A DNA stretch of 64,000 bases, taken from the NCBI GenBank assembly GCA_044229975.1, contig JBGARZ010000007.1, forward strand, positions 288,001-352,000, read 5' to 3'. Below the pieces are notes generated by a model, which searched no databases, was not told the DNA's origin, and saw nothing but the letters and a program-made list of their open reading frames with translations. The stretch comes from Polyangiales bacterium. Lineage in GTDB: Bacteria > Myxococcota_A > Polyangia > Polyangiales > Ga0077539. Every line of letters starts with the position of its first letter. Position 1 is the first letter of the stretch. Shown here piece by piece: positions 51,769 to 61,486 of the stretch. Made by a program: the position numbers and the translations under genes.

Positions 51769-53241
51769 TCAGCTCTGGTCGTCGAAGGTCACGGTGATGC
51801 CGTGGCGCGTGCGGATCTGGCTCTGCGTGGGGTTGCCCGAGTTGACCGGCGAGGCCGTCTCGAAGTTGGGCACCGACGACATGATGAGCGGTCGGTCGGG
51901 GTCGCCGTTGACGTGGATGAGCGCGACCTCGGTGCCGATGTGCAGCGGAAACTGCACGCCGTAGCCGCTGCCCGAGGCGGGCTGCGCCATGCGAATCCAG
52001 CGCGACGCCTTGCCGCCGGCCTTGCCCGCGAGGTCCCACGGGAGGATGACCTTGTAGCGGCCGTGCTCGTCGACGGGCGTCGCGCGCACGCCATCATCGG
52101 GCGCGTCGATCTTGCCGTGGATCACGCCCGCGATGCGGGGCACCGGTGTCATCCGCACCGGGCGCCACGGCACCGCGGTGGGGACGGCGGTGAACTCGTT
52201 GCGGTACGCCTGCGAGCCGCCGCTCGTGCCGATGCCCGCCTGCTGCACCGAGTGGCGGATGTCGGTGACGAAGTACTCCTGCTCCATCGCGTCGAAGTAG
52301 TGCTGCTCGACGCTGAACTTGTGCCCCGGGTGCAGGCCCCGCAGCGCCGTGACGCCCGCGTAGGTCTCGCGGTGGGCGAACAGCTCCTGCGAGCGCAGCT
52401 TGGCGATGCGCGTGCCGCCCGCGTGATCCTTGAAGTGCTCGCCGTAGTAGACGTGCTCGCCGGTGCCGGTGGTGTCGACGTCCTCCTTGGCGACGAGCTC
52501 GGTGGACGGCGTGCGGTAGTTGTAGTCGCGCACCGTGACCTTCGTGGTGACCGTGCGACGCGTTCGCGAGAGGGCCGTGATGCGCTGCTCGCCGCCCGCC
52601 GTGCCGCCGCGCGGGTCGTAGGTGAGCACCTCGTAGCCGTCGAGGTTCTGGAAGTTGTTGTTGCCGTCCGCGAAGACCAGCTTCGACCCTTCGTCGCCGT
52701 GCTCGAAGAAGTAGAAGATCCCTTCGTACTCCATCACCCGCGACAGAAACTGGAAGTCCGTCTCCTCGTACTGGACCTTGTATTCGTAGGGCTTGTACGT
52801 CTTCGAGAGCCGCAGCTCGAAGTCGTCGCCGTCGGCAAAACCAGCCTCCGTCAGCACGTCCTTGATGACCTGCGGGGCTGAGAGTTCTTGATAGACCCAC
52901 GAGCCCGCGGTGAGGGTCGTGTCGAAGAACTTCGGCACCAGGCGCAGGTGGTAGAGCACGGGTGACGGCTCGTTCATCGAGAGCATCTCGACCTCGCGGA
53001 TGACCCCGTGGATCTTGTTCTCCTCCTGGTCGCCGAAGGCGATGTACGCGCTCTTCACGAGCAGCTCTTCGACCGTGGCGAAGGACAGCGGCGTGCCGGT
53101 GGAGGTCTCCACGATGAGGTCGAACGCGTAGAGCTGCGAGAGCCCCTCGTGTCCGTCCATCTGCCGAACGTAGAGGTCCGGCGCCGACTCCGCCGTGGTG
53201 CGAAACACGACCGTGTAGTTCGAGTGGTCCTGGTCAGGCAT
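51769..53241 (-). CDS. vgrG: VgrG (TssI), gp27-like + gp5 OB-fold only; no C-terminal spike
   Basis: GHEGLSQLYAF, QYEETDFQFLSRVMEYEGIFYFFEH, RDYNYRTP, YRNEF, DEHGRYKV, FPLHIGTEV and GDPDRP; ends IRTRHGITVTFDDQS*. Confidence 0.92.
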   Translation of the reverse strand: MPDQDHSNYTVVFRTTAESAPDLYVRQMDGHEGLSQLYAFDLIVETSTGTPLSFATVEELLVKSAYIAFGDQEENKIHGVIREVEMLSMNEPSPVLYHLRLVPKFFDTTLTAGSWVYQELSAPQVIKDVLTEAGFADGDDFELRLSKTYKPYEYKVQYEETDFQFLSRVMEYEGIFYFFEHGDEGSKLVFADGNNNFQNLDGYEVLTYDPRGGTAGGEQRITALSRTRRTVTTKVTVRDYNYRTPSTELVAKEDVDTTGTGEHVYYGEHFKDHAGGTRIAKLRSQELFAHRETYAGVTALRGLHPGHKFSVEQHYFDAMEQEYFVTDIRHSVQQAGIGTSGGSQAYRNEFTAVPTAVPWRPVRMTPVPRIAGVIHGKIDAPDDGVRATPVDEHGRYKVILPWDLAGKAGGKASRWIRMAQPASGSGYGVQFPLHIGTEVALIHVNGDPDRPLIMSSVPNFETASPVNSGNPTQSQIRTRHGITVTFDDQS

Positions 53242-53325
53242 GACGAGCACGTTACCAAAATCGGTGGTGGGTGGGTGAGGTCATCCCCCCGCCGCGAGCC
53301 TGCGATAGAGTCGTCGCCCAACCCG

Positions 53326-54816
53326 ATGCTCATCCAGAACCGCCTCGGAACGCAGTTCGAGCTGATCCTTCATCCGGGCGCGTCGGTCGGCGCCGGAGTT
53401 CCTCCGCCGTACGCGAGCGCGGAGGCCTTCATGTCGACCTTCACCGCCGCGCAGCGCGCGGAGATGATGCGCTCGCTCGGCGGCAACGCGGCCTTCCCTT
53501 CGCTCGACCCCATCGCGCTGCGCAACATCAACACCGACGAGGGCGCCTCGACCACGCTGGCGCGCATGCTGCGAAGCCGGCAGATCGGGTTTCGTCACCC
53601 CGTCGCCGCGACGGGTCCGCGGGTGGCCTCCGCCAACGCTGGAGCGCAGGGTCAGCCGGCGAGCAAGGCGCCCGCGGCGCCTCCGCCCGCGGCGCGCCCG
53701 GAGGTGGTGTGCGAGCTGCTCACGGCCGAAGCCGCGTGCGCGCACAACGCCCGCAAGGCCAACCGCAGCGGTCTTCTGGAGGTGGTGCCGGGGCGCTCGG
53801 ACGACCTCATCCAGCTCAAGTCGACGCTGCGCGGCGGGTGCGGCAAGCACTCGCGCTGGGAGATCCGCGCGCCGTTTTCGTCGGAGACGAAGACGGGCGT
53901 GACGTCGTCCTTCGTGGCGAAGAGCTGGGGCCTGAAGACCATGGGCATCTTCGAGGTGCTGCCCAAGTCGTACTACGTCAACGCGACGGCCTGCTCGGGG
54001 GCGACGAAGCAGTTCGAGGTGCGCGCGTACCCCATCGACGAGTGGGAGCTGAGCTTCGCCATCGACCTGAAGAAGCCGCCGACGCAGTGGGACGTCGAGG
54101 TGAAGATCACCCCGTGGGAAGACACCTCGCTCACGCTGAAGACCGAGGCGCTGAAGCGATTCACCGACCGCACCGAGCGCATGCGGTGGGCGCTCGACAA
54201 GGTGATGGTCCCGCTGGTCGGCAAGCAGGGGGACTGGGAGTTCTTCAAGACCAAGCTGAAGTTCAGCGGCAAGTGGGTGGAGAACGAGAGCGACCACCGC
54301 GCCTACTACAAGTACACGGCGGGGCTCGAACTCGACCCGCTGCTGAAGGGCTACTTCCTCATCCCCTTCGGCCCCACCGCGGCCATCCCCGGGTGGATCA
54401 AGAAGTGGACGACCGACCTCATCGGCGACCTCTACCTGTATTTGAAGTTCGAGGGCGAGGTGAAGCTCTTCGGCTCGTGGAGCCGCACCAGCCCCGACGA
54501 GTCCAAGGCCCAGGTCGAGGGCTCCGGCAAGATCGGCGTGAAGGCAGGCGGCAACCTCTTCCTGATGAAGAAGGGCGCGCTCAACCTCGACGTCAACGGT
54601 GGCACCAGCATCACGGCCGAGGCGAAGGCGCCGGTGTCGAAGACGCCCGCCATCGAGTACGACCTGAAGTGGGGCGGCCTGGAGATCGAGCTCACCATCG
54701 AGGCCGCCTGGGGGCTCGTCGAGTACAAGCGCAAGTGGAAGCCCATCGACGGCTTCTCGCTCCTGGAGAAGATGCTCGGGCGCAAGCCCGACCCCTGGTA
54801 TCCGCTCGGCAAGTAG
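53326..54816 (+). CDS. hypothetical beta-rich protein divergent from vgrG
   Basis: Strong host codon bias; Lys/Trp/Gly-rich alternating beta strands in the C-terminal two-thirds; no signal peptide seen. Confidence 0.75.
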   Translation: MLIQNRLGTQFELILHPGASVGAGVPPPYASAEAFMSTFTAAQRAEMMRSLGGNAAFPSLDPIALRNINTDEGASTTLARMLRSRQIGFRHPVAATGPRVASANAGAQGQPASKAPAAPPPAARPEVVCELLTAEAACAHNARKANRSGLLEVVPGRSDDLIQLKSTLRGGCGKHSRWEIRAPFSSETKTGVTSSFVAKSWGLKTMGIFEVLPKSYYVNATACSGATKQFEVRAYPIDEWELSFAIDLKKPPTQWDVEVKITPWEDTSLTLKTEALKRFTDRTERMRWALDKVMVPLVGKQGDWEFFKTKLKFSGKWVENESDHRAYYKYTAGLELDPLLKGYFLIPFGPTAAIPGWIKKWTTDLIGDLYLYLKFEGEVKLFGSWSRTSPDESKAQVEGSGKIGVKAGGNLFLMKKGALNLDVNGGTSITAEAKAPVSKTPAIEYDLKWGGLEIELTIEAAWGLVEYKRKWKPIDGFSLLEKMLGRKPDPWYPLGK

Positions 54817-54833
54817 ACACCACCACGGCTCGC

Positions 54834-54872
54834 AACTGTCTACTTGACACTGTAACTGTCACGATGCATTCT
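54834..54872 (+). promoter_or_regulatory. sigma-70-type promoter with overlapping operator for the MerR-like gene
   Basis: TTGACA (54844-54849), 17 nt, CATTCT (54867-54872); inverted repeat TGACA-N7-TGTCA; AACTGTC direct repeats at 54834 and 54854. Confidence 0.6.
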
Positions 54873-54879
54873 CCGCGTC

Positions 54880-55341
54880 GTGGTGGACCAACGACGACAG
54901 TCCCGATGGAAGCTGGACGAGCTCGCCGAGCGGGCCGGGGTCTCTCCCCGCACGGTGCGGTACTACGTTCAGCGGGGGTTGCTCCCGGCGCCTGAGTTTC
55001 GCGGGCCCGACACGGCCTACGGCGACGAGCACCTCGCGCGGCTCAAGGCGATCCGGGCGCTTCAGGAGAAGCACCTCCCGCTCGATGCCATTCAAGAGAT
55101 GCTCGACTCGCGCTCGGCCGCGGAGGTCGCTCGCATCGGCCGGGGAGAGCTACCCCCCGGTGTCGATGTGACAGCGCCGCTGTCGCGATCGCCCGCGGTC
55201 ACCACCCACACGGAGAACCTGACGCGCCACGTGATCGCGCCCGGGCTCGAACTCCTCATCACGGACACGGCGTCGCCCGAGGTTCGGGCGCTCGCCGAGA
55301 GGTTGCTGCGAGAGGCAGCGCGAAGGGAAGGCTCACGATGA
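54880..55341 (+). CDS. MerR-family HTH regulator
   Basis: LDELAERAGVSPRTVRYYVQRGLLPAP...YGDEHLARLKAIRALQ. Confidence 0.9.
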   Translation: MVDQRRQSRWKLDELAERAGVSPRTVRYYVQRGLLPAPEFRGPDTAYGDEHLARLKAIRALQEKHLPLDAIQEMLDSRSAAEVARIGRGELPPGVDVTAPLSRSPAVTTHTENLTRHVIAPGLELLITDTASPEVRALAERLLREAARREGSR

Positions 55342-57851
55342 CCAGCGCAGGACTGTGTTCGAAGCAGGGCGACGCGATTCCGTTGAAGGGCGTCGAGGTC
55401 GAGGGCGAGGTGCTCGGCGCCCACGCGCGCGTTCGGGTGCGGCAGCGCTACTGCAACGAGAGGCGCACGGCGCTGGAGGCGGTGTACACGTTTCCGTTGC
55501 CCGCCGACGCGACGCTCACGGCCTTCGCGATGACCTGTGACGGGCGACGCCTCGATGGCACCGTGAAGGAGCGCGAGGCCGCGTTCCGCGCGTACGACGA
55601 CGCGCTCGTGGCGGGTCACGGCGCCGCGCTGCTGGAGCAGGAGCGACCCAACGTCTTCACCGCGAGCGTGGGCAACCTGCTGCCGGGCGAAGAGACGCTG
55701 GTCGAGGTCGAGTACGTGCAGCGGGTCGCCGCCGACGAAGGATCACTGCGCTGGATGATCCCGACACTCGTCGCCCCGCGGTACATCCCGGGCACGCCGA
55801 CGGGTGACCGCACGGCGCATGGGGAGAGCGCGCCGACTGATCGCGTTCCGGATGCGGATCGCATCACGCCGCCGCGGGTGGCGGAGGTTCCGTACGGGCT
55901 GCGGCTCGACCTGACCTTCGACCTCGGGCGGCCAGTGACGGTGGAGTCGCCCTCGCACGCCATCACCGCGACCACCGAGGGGGCGAAGGTGCGGGTGCGT
56001 TTCGCGCAGTCGGAGGTGGCGCTCGACCGCGACGTGGTGCTGACGGCGCGCGGTTCGGCGGCGGGGCTGAAGCAGGGCGCTGGCGTGGTGGCGCATCGGG
56101 CTGCGGGCAAGGAGGGCTACCTCTCGCTGTCGGTGGTGCCCGATCTGTTCGGTGACGAACGAAGTGCGATGCCCACGTCGACGGTGGTCTTCGTGGTGGA
56201 TGTATCGGGGTCGATGGCGGGCGCGTCGATCATCGAGGCGAAGCGCGCGCTGCGGCTGTGTCTGCGGCACCTGCGGGCGGGTGATCGCTTCAACGTGATC
56301 GCGTTCAACAACTCGCACTGGTCGTTTGCGCCGCGGGTGGCGGAGTTTACGCAGGACGCGCTGGCGAAGGCCGACCAGTGGATCGAGGCGCTCGCTCCCA
56401 ACGGCGGCACGGAGATGCTCGGTCCGTTGACGGAGGCGATCACGCTGGCGGAGGGCGGCGTGGTGATGCTGCTCACCGACGGCGAGGTGGGCAACGAGGA
56501 CGAGATCGCGCAGGCCGTGATGAAGCGCCGCGGCGAGTCGCGCTCGCGGGTGTACTCGTTCGGCATCGGAACCAACGTGAGCGAAGCCCTCCTGCGCGAC
56601 CTCGCGCGAGAGACGGGCGGCGCGGTGGAGTTCATCCACCCCGGTGAGCGCATCGACGAGAAGGTGGTGGCGCAGTTTGCGCGGGCGGTGGCGCCGCGGG
56701 TGACGGACGTGACGGTGCGCTTCGTCGGCGCGGACGTCGGCGAGCTGGCGCCGGGGCGGGTGCCCGATCTGGTGGATGGCGAGCCGTGGTCGGTGCTCGG
56801 GCGGTATGCGCGCGGTGGCGGCGGGACGGTGGAGATCGACGGGCGCTTTCAGGGGAAGGCGTTTGCGATGAGGGTTCCGCTCGACCTGCCGGACGAGGTG
56901 TCGCGGCCGGTGGTGGCGAAGCTCTGGGCCGCAGAGCGCATCCGCGATCTGGAGAGCGTGAAGGTCGAGGGGCGGCGGGGCGAGGCGATGAAGGCGCGCA
57001 TCACGGAGCTGGCGGTGGAGCACGGCATCGCGTCGCGGTTCACGAGCTTCGTGGTGGTGGAGCAGCGTACGGGCGACCGGCGCACGAGCGGGATGCCGGA
57101 CACCGCGGTGGTGCCGGTGGGGCTGCCTGCGGGGTGGGCGATGTTCGAGGGGGGCGAGCAGGAGCGTGGGGCGCCGTACGGCGGCGGTGGGGTGAGGAGC
57201 AAGCGCGCGGCACCTCCGATGGCGGCGATGAAGAAGATGGCCGCACGGCCGGTGATGGCGGCGGCGCCTGCTGCGATGCCTTCGCTGGGGCGTCGGGTGT
57301 TGGCGGCGATGGCACCGGGTGCGCCGCCTCCGCCGCCCGCAGCGGCACCGGCTCCCATGGCGCAGGCAGCGATGCCGGCGCCGAAGGGTGGGAGCTTCGA
57401 TCGGATGGAAGCCGATGAGGGCTTCGCCATGGCCGACGAGGCGGCGCCGAAGAGGGAGCGTGCGCGTGATGGTGGCGACCTCGGTGGGCTCTTCGGTCGG
57501 CAGCTCGCGTCGGGGCTGTGGGACGACACTTCGCTCGGCGCGGACGGCGACGTACGACGGTTGCGGGCGACCGTGGCGGTGCTGCGCGCGCTGCTGGCGG
57601 AGGGCGTCGACACGGCGCACGCGCTCTACGGAGCGCAGGTGCGGAAGGCGATCGAGGCGGTGGTGGCCGCGGCCGGAGTGACCGACCGCGCGCTGGTCGA
57701 GCAGGCCCTCGGACTCGCGTGGTTGCTGGCGACGGGAGCGCGGACGCGGAGCGCCGTCGAAGGGGCCGTCGCGAAGGCGGGGTTCACCGAGCTGGCCGCG
57801 CGGGTGAAGGAGCCCGCGAAGCTGCGCGAGTGGGTGGTAGCGGTGGCGTAG
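55338..57851 (+). CDS. VIT + vWA domain protein
   Basis: VIT: LEAVYTFPLP, NVFTASVGNL. vWA MIDAS: DVSGSM, GGTEM, LLTDGEV, FGIG. ATGA overlap with the MerR gene. Confidence 0.92.
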   Translation: MTSAGLCSKQGDAIPLKGVEVEGEVLGAHARVRVRQRYCNERRTALEAVYTFPLPADATLTAFAMTCDGRRLDGTVKEREAAFRAYDDALVAGHGAALLEQERPNVFTASVGNLLPGEETLVEVEYVQRVAADEGSLRWMIPTLVAPRYIPGTPTGDRTAHGESAPTDRVPDADRITPPRVAEVPYGLRLDLTFDLGRPVTVESPSHAITATTEGAKVRVRFAQSEVALDRDVVLTARGSAAGLKQGAGVVAHRAAGKEGYLSLSVVPDLFGDERSAMPTSTVVFVVDVSGSMAGASIIEAKRALRLCLRHLRAGDRFNVIAFNNSHWSFAPRVAEFTQDALAKADQWIEALAPNGGTEMLGPLTEAITLAEGGVVMLLTDGEVGNEDEIAQAVMKRRGESRSRVYSFGIGTNVSEALLRDLARETGGAVEFIHPGERIDEKVVAQFARAVAPRVTDVTVRFVGADVGELAPGRVPDLVDGEPWSVLGRYARGGGGTVEIDGRFQGKAFAMRVPLDLPDEVSRPVVAKLWAAERIRDLESVKVEGRRGEAMKARITELAVEHGIASRFTSFVVVEQRTGDRRTSGMPDTAVVPVGLPAGWAMFEGGEQERGAPYGGGGVRSKRAAPPMAAMKKMAARPVMAAAPAAMPSLGRRVLAAMAPGAPPPPPAAAPAPMAQAAMPAPKGGSFDRMEADEGFAMADEAAPKRERARDGGDLGGLFGRQLASGLWDDTSLGADGDVRRLRATVAVLRALLAEGVDTAHALYGAQVRKAIEAVVAAAGVTDRALVEQALGLAWLLATGARTRSAVEGAVAKAGFTELAARVKEPAKLREWVVAVA

Positions 57852-57907
57852 GGGGCCGGTTGGGGGGGGACTGACTGCGAGAGAGCGTCGGGCGTAGCGT
57901 TCCGGGG

Positions 57908-59098
57908 ATGAGTGCTTATCGGTCGACGCTCGGGGCCTGGTGGTTGATCGCGGTCGTCGCGGGTTGCGACTCTCAGGCTTCCACCATTGTGGCAGCGGCT
58001 CCGAGCGATGCGTGGAGGAACGAGACACCAACCCAGGTACGAGTCGACGACTGCGACCCACGGTTGTTCGGCGCGGAGGTCGCCGACGCGGGTGTCAAAG
58101 GACCCGGTGATACCTACGACTATGTCCTCGATCGGGTGATCATCGACGAGCCCGCCGAGCCTCCGACCGCCCGCGGTTTCTACGGCTTCAATCTCGACGG
58201 TCGCAGTTCTCCCGAGGTCGCCAATCTCCAGCAGAACGCCGACTGCTCCTCCGGCGACTACCTCTCGGTCGTCGACCCCGACCAGAACGAAGTTACCTGT
58301 GGTGACAGCGTGCCCGGAGGCGGACGCGGTTGTCGCGGCGGCGTCGACAACCAGCTTCCCAGCTTCATCGGACTCATTCAGCTTGGAGAGGCGTTTGGGC
58401 ACCTCGGGACTGGTCAGACGTCCCAACCGCGCCTGAACGTGTCCGGCTTCATCAACCAACAGATCGACGCAGGGCGGTACGCGGCGCTCATCCGGGTCGC
58501 GGGCGTGCATGGGACGCTCGGGTCGTCGTTGAACGACCCGTCCGTGGTGATCCGCGTGTATCCCGTCGCGCGGCCTGCATTCCAGGACTGCGGGAGCCTC
58601 GAGCGGCCGGGGCAGGAATACGCAGTTGACGACACCTCGTTGCGCGAGCGTGGCAACGTCCAAGCGCCCGTGTTGGAGTACCCCGGCTGCATCCTGCGGG
58701 GGCGTCTTCGGCAGAGGACCTCGGGGCTGACACGCGCGGCGACACCGATGTTCCTGCCGCTGGCGGATGGCGTGCGTGTGCCGTTGCGTGACCTGCATCT
58801 GCGCATCGACCTGACAGAGGACGGCGGCGTGAGAGGCAACCTCGGAGGGGTCGTGCTCACGTCCGACCTTGAGCTGGCACTTGCCACGTTCTACCGAGGG
58901 CCGGAGCTCGTACCTCCGAATTGGGGGTCTCTCGCCAACGCATTCGCCGATCTTCCTGGTCCCTTCCAAGACGACCTGTGGTCATGTTGGAACGGCGTCG
59001 GAGCGATGAGCGTCGGCCTCGGCTTCACCGCCCTCCGCGCCAACGTCCAACCGACCACCGTCTCCGGTCCGATCCCTGGCGCCTGCGGCTCTCCATAA
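57908..59098 (+). CDS. hypothetical lipoprotein
   Basis: Lipobox VAGC; GFNLDG and GGVDNQL motifs. Confidence 0.7.
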   Translation: MSAYRSTLGAWWLIAVVAGCDSQASTIVAAAPSDAWRNETPTQVRVDDCDPRLFGAEVADAGVKGPGDTYDYVLDRVIIDEPAEPPTARGFYGFNLDGRSSPEVANLQQNADCSSGDYLSVVDPDQNEVTCGDSVPGGGRGCRGGVDNQLPSFIGLIQLGEAFGHLGTGQTSQPRLNVSGFINQQIDAGRYAALIRVAGVHGTLGSSLNDPSVVIRVYPVARPAFQDCGSLERPGQEYAVDDTSLRERGNVQAPVLEYPGCILRGRLRQRTSGLTRAATPMFLPLADGVRVPLRDLHLRIDLTEDGGVRGNLGGVVLTSDLELALATFYRGPELVPPNWGSLANAFADLPGPFQDDLWSCWNGVGAMSVGLGFTALRANVQPTTVSGPIPGACGSP

Positions 59099-59135
59099 AG
59101 CTGCATCCGCCGCGCGATGCGGATAGACCCAGCGC

Positions 59136-61472
59136 GTGACCCTCGGCCTCCCGCCAACCCCCGAAGACGAGTACCTCTGGGGCTGGGACGCCACCCCCGC
59201 CATCGTCTCCGTCTGGGCCGATCACGACGGCCGCGCCCACGTCTGGCGTCGCACGCCCACCGGCATCTCCTACGAGCCCGCGCGCTTCCGCCCGTGGGCG
59301 CTGCTCGCCTCGCTCGACGACATCGTCTCCCCGTCACTCCCGCGCGGCGTCACCTGGCGCGAGCTCCGCGGCGACGGCCCGCTGCGCTTCCTCGTCGAGG
59401 CCGATGCCTCCCGCGACCTCACCGCGGCCATCCTCCGCAACGCCTCGCGCCGCACCGGACGCACCCTCCAGCGCCTCTCCGAGCTCGATGACGGCACCGT
59501 GCTCTCGCTCCCACCCGAGGAGCAGTACCTCGTCGCCACCGGCCGAACCCACTTCCGCGACCTCGCCTTCGACGACCTCCACCGCCTCGCCTTCGACCTC
59601 GAAACCACCGGCCTCGACCCCGCCCACCATCGCGTCTTCCTCGTCGCCATCCGCGACAACCGCGGCCTCGCCACGACCCTCGAAGTCGCCGACGCCTCCG
59701 ACGCCGCCGAAGCACAGCTCCTCCGCGACCTCGTCGCGCTCATCAAGACCCGCGACCCCGACGTCATCGAGAACCACAACCTCCACGGCTTCGACCTCCC
59801 CTTCATCGCGACCCGCGCTCGCGCGCTCGGCGTCCCGCTCACCTTCGGTCGCTTGCCCAGCGTTCGACTCGCGCCTCGCCCCGGACCGCGCGGCAAGACC
59901 CGCTACACCATCCCGGGCAGGGAGCTCATCGACACGCTCGACGCCGTTCGCCGCCACGACTTCTCGGCGCGCGACCTCCCTGGTCACGGCCTGAAAGCCG
60001 TCGCGAAGCACTTCGGGCTCGCGGGTCCTGATCGCGAGTACGTTGCTGGATCGAAGGTCTACGCGACCTGGCTCAGCGACCCCGCGCGGGTGCGCCGCTA
60101 CGCCCTCGACGACACCGCCGAGGCCATGGGACTCGCGCGCGTTCTCGGTGGTGCGGCCTTCGCGTTGGCCCGCATGGCGCCGCGTCGCTACGAGCGCCTC
60201 GCAGACGCCGGCCCCGCCACGGGTGTGCTCGACCCGCTCCTGGTGAGGGCGTACGTGCGCGCCGACACCGCGCTCCCCGCGCGCTCCGAGGGCGACGGAA
60301 CCGTCCACACCGGCGCCGCCCTCTACCTCTTCGCAGCCGGCGTGGCGAAGCGCATCGTGAAGGCCGACGTCGCGAGCCTGTACCCCTCGCTCATGCGGCA
60401 GTACCGCATCGGACCGCGCGGCGACGGCCTCGGCGCGCTGCTCGCACTGGTCGATCGCCTCGTCGAGCAACGACTCGCGGCGAAGGCGCGCGGTCGCGCG
60501 GCGCCGCACGGCTCCAACGAGCGGTACACCGACGAGGCGCTGTCGGCGGCGATGAAGATCCTCGTCAACTCGGCCTACGGCTATCTCGGCGCGGTCGGGC
60601 TCACGCGCTTCGCGGACGTGCACGCGGCCAACGAGGTCACGCGGCGCGGTCGCGAGGTGCTCGATCGCGTTTGCGCGGCGCTGGCCGAGCGCGGCGTGAC
60701 GCTGCTGGAGGGGGACACCGACGGCGTGTACTTCGCCGTTCCCGAGGAGTGGAGCGAGGAGGACGAGCGGCGCGTGGTGCGCGAGGTCGGAGAACTGCTA
60801 CCGCCGCTGGTGCGGTTGGAGTTCGACGGGCGCTACGCCGCGATGCTCTCGCACGAGCCCAAGAACTACGCGCTGCTCGGCTACGACGGAAAGCTGCTGC
60901 TGCGCGGGGTGGCCTTCCGATCGAGCCGCTCGGAGGCGTATGGGGAGCGCTTCCTGCGCGAGGCGGCGGGCTGTCTGCTGGCGGGCGACGTGAAGGGCGC
61001 GCGGGCCGCGTACCGGGCGACGGTGACGGCGGTGCGGGCGCGGGCGCTGCCGACGTCGGACGTGGCGATGCGGGTGCGGCTGACGAAGGAGACGGCAGCG
61101 TACGTGGCGACGCGCCATCGCCGAAAGGAGCTGCCCTACGAGGCGGTGCTGACCAACGGGCGCACGACGTGGGCGGTGGGCGAGCGGGTGCGGATCTACC
61201 GGGCGACGGGTGGTCGCGCGGGGCTGCTGACGGAGGCGGAGGAGGGCGGCGACGAGGGCGCGGTCGACGCGAGGGACTACGACGTGGAGCACTACGTGCG
61301 GGTGCTGCGCGACGGGTACGCGACGCGGCTGGCGCGGGCGTTTTCGCCGGAGGGGTTCAGGGCGCTCTTCGACGACCCCGACCAGCCGTCGCTGTTTGCG
61401 CGGCTCGACGAGCTGGTGCAGCCGCGGCTGACGGTGTGTCGCGCGCCGCCGCGGTTGCGCGAGGGGGAGTAG
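59136..61472 (+). CDS. family B DNA polymerase with 3'-5' exonuclease
   Basis: ExoI FDLETTG, ExoII NHNLHGFDLPF, ExoIII YALDD; polymerase DVASLYPS, KILVNSAYG, GDTDG and KNYA. Confidence 0.93.
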   Translation: MTLGLPPTPEDEYLWGWDATPAIVSVWADHDGRAHVWRRTPTGISYEPARFRPWALLASLDDIVSPSLPRGVTWRELRGDGPLRFLVEADASRDLTAAILRNASRRTGRTLQRLSELDDGTVLSLPPEEQYLVATGRTHFRDLAFDDLHRLAFDLETTGLDPAHHRVFLVAIRDNRGLATTLEVADASDAAEAQLLRDLVALIKTRDPDVIENHNLHGFDLPFIATRARALGVPLTFGRLPSVRLAPRPGPRGKTRYTIPGRELIDTLDAVRRHDFSARDLPGHGLKAVAKHFGLAGPDREYVAGSKVYATWLSDPARVRRYALDDTAEAMGLARVLGGAAFALARMAPRRYERLADAGPATGVLDPLLVRAYVRADTALPARSEGDGTVHTGAALYLFAAGVAKRIVKADVASLYPSLMRQYRIGPRGDGLGALLALVDRLVEQRLAAKARGRAAPHGSNERYTDEALSAAMKILVNSAYGYLGAVGLTRFADVHAANEVTRRGREVLDRVCAALAERGVTLLEGDTDGVYFAVPEEWSEEDERRVVREVGELLPPLVRLEFDGRYAAMLSHEPKNYALLGYDGKLLLRGVAFRSSRSEAYGERFLREAAGCLLAGDVKGARAAYRATVTAVRARALPTSDVAMRVRLTKETAAYVATRHRRKELPYEAVLTNGRTTWAVGERVRIYRATGGRAGLLTEAEEGGDEGAVDARDYDVEHYVRVLRDGYATRLARAFSPEGFRALFDDPDQPSLFARLDELVQPRLTVCRAPPRLREGE

Positions 61473-61486
61473 TGGAGAGCGAGCGG

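Noticed and set aside
51720..51769. Frameshifted continuation of vgrG
   Set aside because: Only about 50 bp containing a hairpin separate the stop from the convergent lipoprotein gene, leaving no room for a needle-coding continuation.
37081..54816. Complete T6SS, eCIS or prophage tail
   Set aside because: No tube, sheath, baseplate, ATPase or capsid genes are in the window; only spike-related genes are present.
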